A DNA stretch of 60,749 nt, filler included, from an uncultured bacterium (GCA_964371695.1; 8 parts of 8 records of this genome joined end to end with filler, not necessarily neighbours in it), one strand, 5' to 3'. Shown: positions 30,200 to 40,751, numbered from the whole stretch's first letter. Notes: generated from the sequence alone by a model not told the origin. Numbers and translations are program-made.

Positions 30200-30554
30200 C
30201 AGGCCCAAGAACCTGTTTATTAAGCCCCTCCTGGACTTTATTAACTCACCGCCAGCGGGGGCAAAGCCCCCTTGGCGGGCAAAAACCTCAGTCAGTCCCA
30301 GACGTTTTTTGACAGGCAGCACCGGCGGATTGTAGCGGCTTGTCGGCCATGAAGTGGCTGGGGATTGGGTGTAGGCAGTTTGCCGATGGTCCGGCTTTTA
30401 GAGCCTGTTTGAAAACGAATGAAGATTTGTTTTCAAACAGGATTGGCAGGCCAGNNNNNNNNNNNNNNNNNNNNNNNNNNNNNNNNNNNNNNNNNNNNTT
30501 AATTAATTAANNNNNNNNNNNNNNNNNNNNNNNNNNNNNNNNNNNNNNNNNNNN

Positions 30555-32703
30555 CACCGCCCCTTGCGGCCCGTGCAGCGAAATTTTTGTGGACATGGGA
30601 CCGGCGGACACCTGGGGAGACAAAAACTTCACAGTGGAGAAAGACGACGACCGTTTTCTGGAAATCTGGAATCTGGTGTTCATGCAGAACCTGCGCAAGG
30701 GGCCGCCGCCGGACAACCTCAGTCCCCTTCCCAGCAAGAACATCGACACCGGCATGGGACTGGAACGCGTGACCTGTGTGCTGAACGGCGTGGCCACCAA
30801 CTATGAAACCGACCTGTTCATGGTGCTGATTGAAGACGCCTGCCAGCGCCTGGGGGCGGCCTATGGCCAGGACGGCGAAACCGACGTGGCGCTGCGGGTG
30901 ATGGCCGATCACCTGCGGGGCGCAGCGTTTCTCATCGCCGATGGTGTGATTCCCACCAACGAGGGCCGGGGGTATCTCCTGCGTCGCATCATCCGCCGGG
31001 CGGTGCTCAAGGCCTATCAACTGGGCGCCCGCGAGCCGGTGCTCTGCCAGATGGTGCCCGCTTTGGTCAAGAACATGGGCGGGCACTTCCGTGAACTCGT
31101 CACCCGCCAGCAGGCCATCACCCGTGCGCTGGCGAGTGAAGAAGACCGTTTTCTCAGCACCCTGCGCCGGGGGCTGGACCTGTTTCACCATCAGGCCGCC
31201 GCGCTTTCGGCGGGGGGGGAACTGTCGGGCGAAAAGGCTTTTTCGCTCTATGACACCTTTGGGTTTCCGCTGGAGCTGACGCAGGAATTGCTGGAGAAAG
31301 AAGGCAAGTCGGTGGACCTGGCCGGTTTTGAGGCCGCCATGACACAGCAGCGCGAGCGCGCCCGCGCCGCCAGCGTGATGCGCGAGGCGCTGTTTGACGA
31401 AGGGGCGGAACTGCTGGGCGATTTGCTGCGCCGCCACGGCGAAACACGCTTCACCGGTTATGACACGCTGAGCGGCGAGGCCCGTGTGCTGGCGCTGATC
31501 AAAGACGGCAAACCGGCGGACGCCCTGAACGCTGGTGAAAACGGCTGGGCGGTGGTGGACGCCACGCCCTGTTACGCCTAAAGCGGGGGTCAGGCGAGCG
31601 ACGTGGCCACGGCGCACCACGACAGCGCCGTGGTGGAACTCACCGGCGTCAAAAAAGCCGTGGACAAACTGGTGCTGCACGGCCTGCACGTGAAAGACGG
31701 CGTGGTGAAGACGGGCGAAAATCTGGTGCTGAAGGTAGACGCCGCGCACCGGCGCAGCACCCAGGCCAACCACACCGCCACCCACCTGCTGCACGCCGCG
31801 CTGCGCCGCCACCTGGGAGACCACGTGCAGCAGGCGGGCAGTTATGTCGGCCCCGACAAACTGCGGTTCGACTTCAGCCACCATCAGGGCCTGGGGGCAG
31901 AAGAACTCAGCGCCATCGAGGACGACGTGAACAGCGCGATCTCCGACGCCGCGCCGGTTTTCACCCACGTCGAAAACATCGAGGCCGCCCAAAAGCGCGG
32001 GGCCATGATGATTTTTGGCGAAAAATATGGCGACGTGGTGCGGGTGGTGGATGTGCCGGGACTGAGCATGGAGTTTTGTGGCGGCACACATGTGGCCAAC
32101 ATCGAGCAGATCGGCCTGTTCGCCTTCACGGCAGAGGGCAGCATCGGCAGCGGCATTCGCCGTGTGGAGGCCGTGACGGGCGAAGCGGCGCGGCGGCTTT
32201 TGCTGGGCCGCTCGCGGGTGCTCAGGGTGCTGGAATCAGAACTCAAGGCCCAGCCAGAGGAAATCCCGGAACGCCTGATCGCCCTGCGTGAAGAACAGAA
32301 AACGCTCAGCAGGGAAATCAAGCGCCTGCGCCCCATGGAGGTGCAGAGCGCCATTGAAAAGGAACGGCAGAAAACCCCCGGCACGCTGGTGATCCTGAAC
32401 TGGAAAAACAAACCGGTGGACGCCTTACGGGAAATGGGCGGCGCGGTGAATCAGCTTGCCGAAGCCACGGTGCTGGCGCAGCTTTCAGAAGAAGGCGGCT
32501 TGTTGAGTCTGGTGATTTCGGCCAACAAGGCTGCGCAAAAAGAGGGCCTTGGTGCGGACAGGTTTCTGTCGGCGGTGAAGGAACTTTTTGGCGGCAAGGG
32601 GGGCGGCTCGTCGGCTTTTGCCCAGACCGGCGCGGCGGGTGTGGACACCGCCGCCGTGACCCAGGCCCTGCGGGATGCGGGAATGACGCCAACTTGCAGG
32701 TAA
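30555..32703 (+). CDS. alaS: Alanine-tRNA ligase (5' truncated; in-frame TAA at 31579-31581)
   Basis: EIWNLVFMQ, IDTGMGLER, GYLLRRIIRRA, LYDTFGFP, NHTATHLLH, EFCGGTH and GGKGGG; both ORF pieces are in the same frame. Confidence 0.95.
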
Positions 32704-32763
32704 TGACAAGCCCCAAAGGAGAGAGGGAGCGATGTCGGGTTGCAGAGACCTGTGAAACAGGCT

Positions 32764-34512
32764 CTACGGTGTGGCGTAATTGGTGTGGGTTTTGAAGCGC
32801 ATGCGGAACTTGTAAGTGCCCGCCCCCAGCGCCACGTTGGCTTCGTACTGGTGATAACCCTGCGCAAGCTGGGCGCGCATTTCGGCGGCGGGGCTGCTGA
32901 CCTGTGTGGTGTTGGTGATGATGTCGGCGTTGATGGCGGTCCAGCCTGCGCCGGCGTGCGTGTTCCAGCAGGCGCTGGAATCTTCGCAGTATTCAATGGC
33001 GAATTCACGGTCGGCGTCGTTGTCCACGTCAAACTCCCGCAGGTTGGCGAACTTGACCCGCACGGTGCGGGCGCCGGGCAGCACCAGATGCTGCGTGTTC
33101 TCAAGCCACCACCGGTCGCCCAGGGCTTTCTGGCCGCTTACCTCAAACGAGGCCAGCACACCGCCGCTGGCGTTGCCGTTGGCGTCAATGCTGGGCAGCA
33201 GCACCGCCTGTTCCCGCAACGTGCCAGAGCCAGAAATAGTCTCGCCAATACGCCGGTGTGTGAGGCCCAGATAACTGCTGCTCAGACTGCCACTGTCCGA
33301 GAGAATCCAGCCGTGGGCGTTGCCCAGTGTGTCTGACTGGCTGAGGTTCACGCTGTTGTTGCCCCATTCAAAGTCTTCATACACCAGCGTGCCATAACGC
33401 ATGTAATCCTCGCAGGCGGTGAAGCCGCTGGCCGCCCCTGGCCAAGCCACATCGGCGCAGCCGGACATGCCGTAGGTTTTCTGGTCGTAGCCGCCACTGA
33501 GGGGGTCCTCCAGCAAAAACTCGCCAGTTCGTTCGATGTCCGCCGGCAACGAGCCATTGGTGGCCACCGTGTTGGTGAGCATGGTGACAGGGAAGGACCG
33601 CTTGGCGGGGTTCAGGCTGCCCGCCGCGTTGGCCAGAATCATGCGTTCCCCCGGCTCGAGCGTGCGGTTGGGCAGGGCAATGGAAATGGAAACGCCCGTG
33701 CTGGCCGGTGTGTAGTGCAGAATCATGGTGTTCAGGTTCACCGACACGCTGAGGGGGTTGAGGATTTCCACATAGTCATCGGTGGTGGTTTCGTACATCA
33801 CCTCGCTGATAACCAGATTGGCCGCCCCCCTGCCCTGGTTGCGCAGGGCGATGTCGGCCTGCAAGGGGGGCATGGTGGCGCACTCGCGCACGTTGGGTTT
33901 GGCCTCCAGGCGCAGCACGTCGGCGGTGGCGATGTGGCTGGCGCTGACAAACCCGCTGGTGCTCACGGCAAACAGGTTGATGGCGAATCCATAGAGGTTG
34001 CGGGCTAGGGGCAGCGCCCCGGTGGGCAGGGCAGGCTCGGTGCCAGTGATCGGTGTGTGGGCGCCAACGAATGTATTATGCGCCGCTACGCCGCCGGGGT
34101 CGGTGACTGGGTTGCTGGGGAAATCGTAATAAAAAAGGTCGCCCCCCCCCGAAACCGTCACCGACGGGCTGTAATAAACCAGCCGCAGGCTGCCGCTGAG
34201 GGTTTGATAGGTCAACCATTTGACATCGCCGTCGTCTACCGTGCCATAGGCCGCCGCGCCGCCGCCGGGGTGGGTGCCGGGGTCCACGTTCAACACCGTG
34301 CCCGCCTGGGACATTTCCAGCATCACGCGGTCAAATACCACGCCAAACTGGCCCTGCACCACTTGACACTGGCGGCTGGTGCGCAGGGTGCGGATGCCGT
34401 CGCGCAGGGGCAGATAAACCGCCACCGACACCGTGGAAAGCATGGCCATGACCACCACCAGCTCGATCAGGGTGAACGCCGCATAACCCAAAGAGGCTTT
34501 TTGCCTTCTCAT
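32764..34512 (-). CDS. Prepilin-type N-terminal protein with lamin-tail (LTD)-like domain
   Basis: A|FTLIELVVVMAML class III signal; LVISEVMY..DYVEILNP..VNL LTD-like motif. Confidence 0.75.
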   Translation of the reverse strand: MRRQKASLGYAAFTLIELVVVMAMLSTVSVAVYLPLRDGIRTLRTSRQCQVVQGQFGVVFDRVMLEMSQAGTVLNVDPGTHPGGGAAAYGTVDDGDVKWLTYQTLSGSLRLVYYSPSVTVSGGGDLFYYDFPSNPVTDPGGVAAHNTFVGAHTPITGTEPALPTGALPLARNLYGFAINLFAVSTSGFVSASHIATADVLRLEAKPNVRECATMPPLQADIALRNQGRGAANLVISEVMYETTTDDYVEILNPLSVSVNLNTMILHYTPASTGVSISIALPNRTLEPGERMILANAAGSLNPAKRSFPVTMLTNTVATNGSLPADIERTGEFLLEDPLSGGYDQKTYGMSGCADVAWPGAASGFTACEDYMRYGTLVYEDFEWGNNSVNLSQSDTLGNAHGWILSDSGSLSSSYLGLTHRRIGETISGSGTLREQAVLLPSIDANGNASGGVLASFEVSGQKALGDRWWLENTQHLVLPGARTVRVKFANLREFDVDNDADREFAIEYCEDSSACWNTHAGAGWTAINADIITNTTQVSSPAAEMRAQLAQGYHQYEANVALGAGTYKFRMRFKTHTNYATP

Positions 34513-34585
34513 CCGCCTCAACCATGATACCCCGAAATCGGGGTTTTTTAACAGTGGGTTGATAAATGGCCTGTAATAGGCCGCT

Positions 34586-35185
34586 TTAGCCGCTGGGCAC
34601 AATGCCCAGGATGGTCATGGCGAAACTGAAGGGGATCCACACACAAATGCCCACAAAAAAGAAGAACACCGCCAGCATCAGCATGGCCAGCAGCCACGCC
34701 ACCAGCACCTCCAGCACCGACAGGTCATAAAACCGCCTCAGCGTGTCCATATATATCAGGTAGCCATAAATGGCCGAAAGGCCAAAGGTGATGGGCCAGA
34801 AGGCGAACAGGCCATAAACATAAGCGGTGGCCTGATAGGCAAACCGGGGGTTGTTCACGCCGCTGAAAAAGGCGCACACCCGGTTGATGAATCCGGCGGT
34901 GAGCTTGATGGCCCACAGGCCCACCAGCAGGTTGAGGGCAAAATAGGCCAGGGCCATGAGGGGGGCCTTGGGGCTGAGATAAAACTTGCCCATGTTCCAG
35001 AACAGCGTGATGAGGGCGCTCTGCAGGGCGGCGGCGATCAGCGCGTAGTCAAAGGCCGGGAACCACTCTTCGGTGTCCAGCGTTTTGAAAAACGCCCTGG
35101 GACGCAGGGCGATGGCCCGGAACGTCGCCACGAGCAGCAAGAGCGGACTGTTGACCGGCGCGGGGGAAGCCACCATCCAAATCAT
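34586..35185 (-). CDS. Yip1-like multi-pass membrane protein
   Basis: ALRPRAFF N-terminal motif followed by about five TM helices. Confidence 0.65.
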   Translation of the reverse strand: MIWMVASPAPVNSPLLLLVATFRAIALRPRAFFKTLDTEEWFPAFDYALIAAALQSALITLFWNMGKFYLSPKAPLMALAYFALNLLVGLWAIKLTAGFINRVCAFFSGVNNPRFAYQATAYVYGLFAFWPITFGLSAIYGYLIYMDTLRRFYDLSVLEVLVAWLLAMLMLAVFFFFVGICVWIPFSFAMTILGIVPSG

Positions 35186-35235
35186 CCCAGACTCTGTTTC
35201 AAAAAGCCAATGCCGGGTGGCCGGACACCCGTTGA

Positions 35236-35910
35236 TTAACCCACCGGCACGGCGGTGAAACGCCGCATGGGGAACGCGGGCAGGCCGTCGGCGAAAATCT
35301 GAAAGGCGCTTACGTCCCGCAGTTCAAAACCATTCTCTCGCAAAACCGCCTCGGTGCGGCGGTTCATGTGGCAGCCCTGGCCGTTGAGGTGCAGCCACAC
35401 CGGGTTCAGCAGGTCCATGAAAAAACCCGACACCGGGTCATCGCTGCGCACGTGTTCGATCAGGCGCACCTCGCCGCCGGGCCTGAGCACGCGCCGCACC
35501 TCGCTCAGGGCGGTGGGCACGTCTTGCACGCTGCACAGCACCAGCGAAATCACCACGGCGTCAAAGGCGCTGTCTTCAAAGGGCAGTGACTCGACCCGGC
35601 CTGTGTGCAGATTGATGCTGGCGGTGCTCTGCCCAGCGCGCACGCGGGCTTTGGCCAGAAAGGCGTCGTCTGTTTCAATGGCGTCCACCACCACGTCGGC
35701 GGGGTAGTGGCTGAACATCAGCCCCGTGCCGCAGCCCACCTCCAGCACGCGGCCCCGCAACCCCTCGGCCAGGGCGCTGCGGTGGTGGGCAAAACCGGCT
35801 TCGTCGCTGCGGGCCATGAGCAGGTCATACAAGTCCTCCTGCGGGTGCTGGGCCTTGAGCCGCAGCGTGGCAGGCGCGTGGGATAAAAAGTGGGCGACCT
35901 CTTTGAGCAT
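35236..35910 (-). CDS. Class I SAM-dependent methyltransferase
   Basis: VLEVGCGTG, LPFEDSAFDAVV, LVLCSV and RVLRPGG..IEHV. Confidence 0.92.
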   Translation of the reverse strand: MLKEVAHFLSHAPATLRLKAQHPQEDLYDLLMARSDEAGFAHHRSALAEGLRGRVLEVGCGTGLMFSHYPADVVVDAIETDDAFLAKARVRAGQSTASINLHTGRVESLPFEDSAFDAVVISLVLCSVQDVPTALSEVRRVLRPGGEVRLIEHVRSDDPVSGFFMDLLNPVWLHLNGQGCHMNRRTEAVLRENGFELRDVSAFQIFADGLPAFPMRRFTAVPVG

Positions 35911-35934
35911 GAGGCAAATGTTACACTGGCCGCC

Positions 35935-36816
35935 ATGTCCAGACATTTCATCAGCGCAAACGGCATCCGGTTTCATGTGGCGCAGGCGGGCAAAAAGGGC
36001 GAGAAACCCCTGCTGCTGTGTCTGCATGGTTTTCCCAGCACACACCATTGCTGGCGGCATCAACTGGCGGCTTTTGAAAAGGATTATTTTGTGGTGGCCC
36101 CCGACATGCGGGGCTACAACCTGACGGACAAACCCAAAGAGGGTTACGACTCCGCCACGCTGTGTGAAGACGCCCACGCCCTGATGCTGGCCCTGGGTTA
36201 TAAAAAGATGACGCTGGTGGGACACGACTGGGGCGGGGCCATCGCCTGGGATTACGCCACGCGGTTTCCCGAAACCCTCGAGAAACTGGTGATCCTCAAC
36301 GCGCCCCACCCGGCGGTGTTTGCGCGGGAAGTGTTCTCAAACCCCGAGCAATTCAAAAAAAGTTGGTACATCTTCTTCTTCCAGTTGCCGCTGTTGCCAG
36401 AGTTGTATCTGAGCGAAAACCGTTATGGCAAGGCCCTGGCGGCCTTCAAGGCCACCGCCGCGCCCGGCAGCAAGGGGGCGTTCACCGATGAAGACCTGGA
36501 GCATTACCGCTCGGCGTTCATGCAGCCCGGCGCCATGAAATGCATGGTGCAGTATTACCGCACCGCTTTTCAGGCCATGGTGAAGGGTTTGCTCAAGGGG
36601 CAAGACCCCAAAAAAGAGGCGAAGGTCATTCACACCCCCACGCTGGTGATCTGGGGCATGCAGGACAACGCCCTGGGGCCGGGCAATCTGGAGGGGCTGG
36701 AAGAATATGTTTCGGACCTCAAAATCCACCGCATCGAAGACGCGGGCCACTGGGTGCAGGAAGAAAAACCCGAAGCGGTCAACGTCACAATGCGGGCCTT
36801 TTTGAAAGGCAAATGA
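35935..36816 (+). CDS. Alpha/beta hydrolase (epoxide hydrolase-like)
   Basis: LHGFP, PDMRGYN, GHDWGG (Asp nucleophile), SWYIFFFQ and AGHWVQEE. Confidence 0.92.
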   Translation: MSRHFISANGIRFHVAQAGKKGEKPLLLCLHGFPSTHHCWRHQLAAFEKDYFVVAPDMRGYNLTDKPKEGYDSATLCEDAHALMLALGYKKMTLVGHDWGGAIAWDYATRFPETLEKLVILNAPHPAVFAREVFSNPEQFKKSWYIFFFQLPLLPELYLSENRYGKALAAFKATAAPGSKGAFTDEDLEHYRSAFMQPGAMKCMVQYYRTAFQAMVKGLLKGQDPKKEAKVIHTPTLVIWGMQDNALGPGNLEGLEEYVSDLKIHRIEDAGHWVQEEKPEAVNVTMRAFLKGK

Positions 36817-37316
36817 CCGTGCGGCTGGTGCTGTTTCGCCACGGCATCGCCATAGACCGGGAAGACCCGGACTGCCCCGCCGATGCAGACCGGTTTCTCA
36901 CCGAAAAAGGTTTGGTGCGCACACAGGCGGCGGCCCGTGGGCTGAAGGCGCTGGGGGTGAGTCCCCAGGCGATTTTGAGCAGCCCCTGGCTGCGGGCGCG
37001 TCAGACGGCGCAAATCGCAGCCCAGGTGCTGGGGGTTCCCGAAAAGGAAATCAAAAACACCAAAGCGTTGTTGTGGGACGCCCCCCCGGCGGCGCTGTTT
37101 GCCGAACTGGCCAAACTGAAGGTGGATGAAGTGCTGTGTACCGGTCACGCGCCCCATCTGGATGAAGCCATTGCCTATGGTCTGGGCTTGACCACGGTTT
37201 TCACCCAACTGAAAAAAGCGGGGGCGGCCTGCCTGGAAATCACACCCGGCCTCGCGCCCTGCGGCGTGTTGTTGTGGCTGGTGACCAGCAAACAACTGAG
37301 GGTGCTGGGAGAGTAG
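36813..37316 (+). CDS. SixA-like histidine phosphatase
   Basis: LFRHGIA, DRFLT, SSPWLRARQTA and GHAPHL. Confidence 0.88.
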   Translation: MTVRLVLFRHGIAIDREDPDCPADADRFLTEKGLVRTQAAARGLKALGVSPQAILSSPWLRARQTAQIAAQVLGVPEKEIKNTKALLWDAPPAALFAELAKLKVDEVLCTGHAPHLDEAIAYGLGLTTVFTQLKKAGAACLEITPGLAPCGVLLWLVTSKQLRVLGE

Positions 37317-37325
37317 GCGCGGCGC

Positions 37326-38076
37326 TCACCACGGCGGCTGAAGCGGCGGGGGCCAGTTTTCGTGGGCTTGCATCACGGCCTGGGTCACGGCGGCGGGGTC
37401 AAGCTCCTGCAGACAGCGGTGAAACCCCTCGCCGTTTTTGGGGCAATGGGGCTGGTGACAACCCAGGCAGTCCAGGGTTGGGTGATGCAGCAGCACCGGC
37501 GTGGGTGCGCCGGGGTGATGGGGCACAAACCGGCTGGTGGTGGGCCCCAGCCACACCACCGCCACCGCGCCAAAAAGCGGCGCGGCGTGGGCGGGCATGG
37601 ACTCCCCACTCACACACACCCGCGCCGCCCCCAGGCGCTGACCCAGCGCGGCGAAATCTTCCCCCACCGCTGCGGCCACGCCCGGCAAGGTTTTGAGCAG
37701 GGGCTGCAGGCGGGGTTCGTCGGCCTGGCCCGCCAGCAGGGTCACCTCCAGTCCGGCAGATTGCAGCAGCCCCACCAGTTCGGCCACGTGGGCCAGGGGC
37801 CATTCCTTGCTGGGCCAGCGCTGGCTGGCGAAGGGGGCCACCAGCACACCTTTGCGATCGGCCTGGGGTGTGGGGGTTGCGTCCTTCCAGGCCATGGGGG
37901 GTGGTGGATAGGGCAGTGGCTGGGCGGCGAAACCCATCTGGCCAAGAAGCCCCGGAATATCGCTGGGCAGGTGTTGCAGCGGCAGTCTTTCGCCAGTCGG
38001 CAACCAGAGACACCGGGCGCTGTAATCCACCACCGGCGCACCGGTGGACTGACCCAGGCGGCGGGCGGTCCAGGTC
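37326..38076 (-). CDS. Glycosyltransferase family 9 (heptosyltransferase-like), 5' truncated
   Basis: APFASQRWPSKEWP, VSGESMPAHAA, WLGPT and a C-terminal Cys cluster. Confidence 0.7.
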
Positions 38077-38176
38077 NNNNNNNNNNNNNNNNNNNNNNNN
38101 NNNNNNNNNNNNNNNNNNNNTTAATTAATTAANNNNNNNNNNNNNNNNNNNNNNNNNNNNNNNNNNNNNNNNNNNN

Positions 38177-38509
38177 GAAATCAAAACCCTGGCGGTCACC
38201 GGCCACGTGCCCATGCCCAACAGCAACACCGAAAGCCCCCACAACCGTTATTTCATCGAGCCGAAGGCCCTGCTGAAGGCCGAGCGGGAGCTGGACGACA
38301 ATGATCAGGCCATGGTGGGGTTTTATCATTCTCACCCCGATCACCCGGCTCGCCCCAGCGCCACCGATCTGAAGTTCAGCGCCGGGCCGGTCTACTGGTA
38401 CGTCATCGTGTCGGTACACCAGGGCAAAAAGCGCGACTTCACCGCCTGGCGGCTCAGCCCGGATGAGAAGGAATTCTGGCCGGAGGAAGTTATTATCATT
38501 GACCCTTGA
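38177..38509 (+). CDS. JAB/Mov34 (M67, Mec+-like) metallopeptidase, 5' truncated
   Basis: VGFYHSHPDHPARPSATD JAMM motif. Confidence 0.9.
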   Translation, partial: EIKTLAVTGHVPMPNSNTESPHNRYFIEPKALLKAERELDDNDQAMVGFYHSHPDHPARPSATDLKFSAGPVYWYVIVSVHQGKKRDFTAWRLSPDEKEFWPEEVIIIDP

Positions 38510-38571
38510 GCCGGTTGTGGACCAGTTGGTCAACCGGCAAAGCGGCAAAATCAACATAAGGAGTTCGTTTC

Positions 38572-38850
38572 ATGGCCGTGAAAATTCGTATTCCCACCGC
38601 GCTCAGGCAATATGCGGGAGACCAGAAAGACGTAGCGGTGGAGGGCGGCACCGTGCAGGAACTGATGGACAACCTGGTGGCCACCCACCCCGCCATCAAA
38701 AAGAACCTGTTCGACGACGAAGGCAAGATACGCAACTTCGTGGTGGTTTATGTGGATGACGAAGACATTCGTTATCTGGACGGCATGAACACCCAGGTGA
38801 GCGAAAACAACATGGTGGCCATTGCGGCGGCCATTGCCGGGGGTTGTTGA
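38572..38850 (+). CDS. MoaD/ThiS/CysO-type ubiquitin-like sulfur carrier
   Basis: VKIRIPTALR, VYVDDEDIRYL and C-terminal AIAGG-C. Confidence 0.9.
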   Translation: MAVKIRIPTALRQYAGDQKDVAVEGGTVQELMDNLVATHPAIKKNLFDDEGKIRNFVVVYVDDEDIRYLDGMNTQVSENNMVAIAAAIAGGC

Positions 38851-38854
38851 AGAT

Positions 38855-39040
38855 TATCCCCTCTCCCCTTTATGGGGAGAGGGTGGCGCGTGAGTAGGGC
38901 GGGCGTCCTCGCCCGCCTGAGCGCGAAGCGCGAAACTGCCGGGTGAGGGGTGGACCATAAATAGAAAACCCAAAAAGGTGGTTTTTTCTTATGAATAAAC
39001 CCCTCACCCCAACCCTCTCCCCATAAAGGGGAGAGGGGGA
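38855..39040. repeat. Composite REP-like repeat cluster
   Basis: Two inverted CCCTCTCCCC..GGGGAGAGGG units with a nested GTAGGGCGGGCGTCCTCGCCCGCC palindrome. Confidence 0.8.
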
Positions 39041-39171
39041 AGGTTGTCCGACTCTCCAATTGATGTTGCCACTTTCCAACGGCGCCTCACCTGAAAAGAA
39101 ACACACGGTTGGGGAACCCATCAACCCCAGCAACCAAACCTGCTTGAATGACTTTCGCAAAGGAACCCATC

Positions 39172-40347
39172 ATGAGCACCCCCGTTTCACCCCTGGAACT
39201 CACACACGACGAAAGCCGTCGTTATGGCCGCCATCTCATCATGCCCGAAGTGGGCGTGAAGGGGCAGCTCAAGCTGAAGCAGGCCAGTGTGCTGTGTATT
39301 GGCGCAGGGGGCCTGGGCAGCCCGCTCATGATGTATCTCGCGGCGGCGGGCATCGGGCGCATCGGCATTGTGGACTATGACGTGGTGGACCACAGCAACC
39401 TGCAACGGCAGATCATTCACGGCAGCGCCGACGTGGGCAAACCCAAGCTGGAAAGCGCCGCCCGGCGCATCAAGGACATCAACCCCAATGTGGAGGTCAT
39501 CTCCTTCAACGAACCTTTCACCGCCGAAAGCGCCCGGCGCATCGTGAAAGATTTTGATTATGTGGTGGATGGCACCGACAACTACCCCACCCGTTATCTC
39601 GTCAACGACGTGTGCGTGCTCGAGGGCAAGGTGAACATCTACGGCAGCATCTTTCGTTTCGAGGGGCAGGCCACGGTGTTCGACGCCAAAAACGGCCCCT
39701 GCTACCGATGTATCTATCCCGAACCCCCGCCGCCGGGCCTGGTGCCCAACTGCGCCGAGGGAGGGGTGCTGGGGGTGCTGCCGGGCATTGTGGGCGTCAT
39801 GCAGGCCACCGAGGTGATCAAGCAGATTCTGGGGGCAGGCGACAGTCTGGTGGGGCGTCTGGTGCAGTTCGACGCACTGGAAATGAAGTTCCGCGAGTTC
39901 AAAATCCGCAAAAATCCTGACTGCGTGTTGTGCTCTGATCACCCCACCGTCACCGAACTGATTGACTACGAAGCCTTTTGCGGCGCGCCCGCCCACGACG
40001 GTGTGCAGACGGCTGTCTCAAGCGGCGAGGACCTCATCATCACCGCCGAGCAGCTCAAGGCCCGCATGGACGCAGGCGACGGGTTTCTGCTGGTGGACGT
40101 GCGCAACCCCGAAGAATGGGAAATCAACCGCCTGCCCGGCGCCCGGCTGGTGCCGCTGCCCGAAATCGAAAGGCGTCTGGACGAGTTCAACGTGAGCGGC
40201 GAAATCGTGCTGTATTGCCACAAGGGCGTGCGCAGCATGCGGGCGCTGGAAAAACTCCAGTCGGTGGGTTACAAAAACCTGAAAAGCCTGGTGGGCGGCG
40301 TGGACCTGTGGGCGCAGAAGATTGACACGGAGATGCTGCGGTATTGA
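39172..40347 (+). CDS. moeB: MoeB/MoeZ E1-like adenylyltransferase with C-terminal rhodanese domain
   Basis: RYGRHL, GAGGLGSP, SNLQRQ, DGTDNY, PCYRC, CxxC and rhodanese YCHKGVRS. Confidence 0.92.
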   Translation: MSTPVSPLELTHDESRRYGRHLIMPEVGVKGQLKLKQASVLCIGAGGLGSPLMMYLAAAGIGRIGIVDYDVVDHSNLQRQIIHGSADVGKPKLESAARRIKDINPNVEVISFNEPFTAESARRIVKDFDYVVDGTDNYPTRYLVNDVCVLEGKVNIYGSIFRFEGQATVFDAKNGPCYRCIYPEPPPPGLVPNCAEGGVLGVLPGIVGVMQATEVIKQILGAGDSLVGRLVQFDALEMKFREFKIRKNPDCVLCSDHPTVTELIDYEAFCGAPAHDGVQTAVSSGEDLIITAEQLKARMDAGDGFLLVDVRNPEEWEINRLPGARLVPLPEIERRLDEFNVSGEIVLYCHKGVRSMRALEKLQSVGYKNLKSLVGGVDLWAQKIDTEMLRY

Positions 40348-40372
40348 CCGGCACCGGCCCTCCGGCCATTGC

Positions 40373-40400
40373 TTGACACCGCAAGCCGGAACCCTAAAAT
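40373..40400 (+). promoter_or_regulatory. sigma70 promoter of the secE-nusG operon
   Basis: TTGACA-N16-TAAAAT. Confidence 0.65.
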
Positions 40401-40436
40401 AGGCGCTCACTCGCCACGGGCGAGGGATGGTATCGC

Positions 40437-40670
40437 ATGTCTACACAAGCAGAAAAACCACAGGCCCAGGGCCAGGTCGGCAACCCCTTCAAGGGGGGCG
40501 CGGGCTTTTTGCGCGACGTCATCGCCGAGAGCAAACGGGTGGTGTGGCCCACCATGGCAGACACCCGCGCCGCCACCGCCACGGTGCTCATCATGGTGAG
40601 CATTCTGGGACTTTATCTGGGTGGTGTTGATTTTCTGGCCAGCCAATTCATGAGTCTTCTTCCCTTTTAA
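40437..40670 (+). CDS. secE: Preprotein translocase subunit SecE
   Basis: FLRDVIAESKRVVWPT followed by a single TM helix; upstream of nusG. Confidence 0.92.
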   Translation: MSTQAEKPQAQGQVGNPFKGGAGFLRDVIAESKRVVWPTMADTRAATATVLIMVSILGLYLGGVDFLASQFMSLLPF

Positions 40671-40751
40671 CTGGCCAAAACGGCCCCGCCCTCACCCCAG
40701 GCGGATTCACACAACCGGGTTAACGCGCAAAGGTTCCAAAGGAGAAAGGTT

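Noticed and set aside
27443-30223. Long antisense ORFs (also 5064-7565, 10342-11991, 30499-32091, 53970-55475)
   Set aside because: These are shadow frames of high-GC genes with no motifs of their own.
31579-31581. Stop-codon reassignment (TAA read as Glu)
   Set aside because: TAA terminates many genes here (rplA, rplJ, rplL, nusG) and only one internal case is seen.
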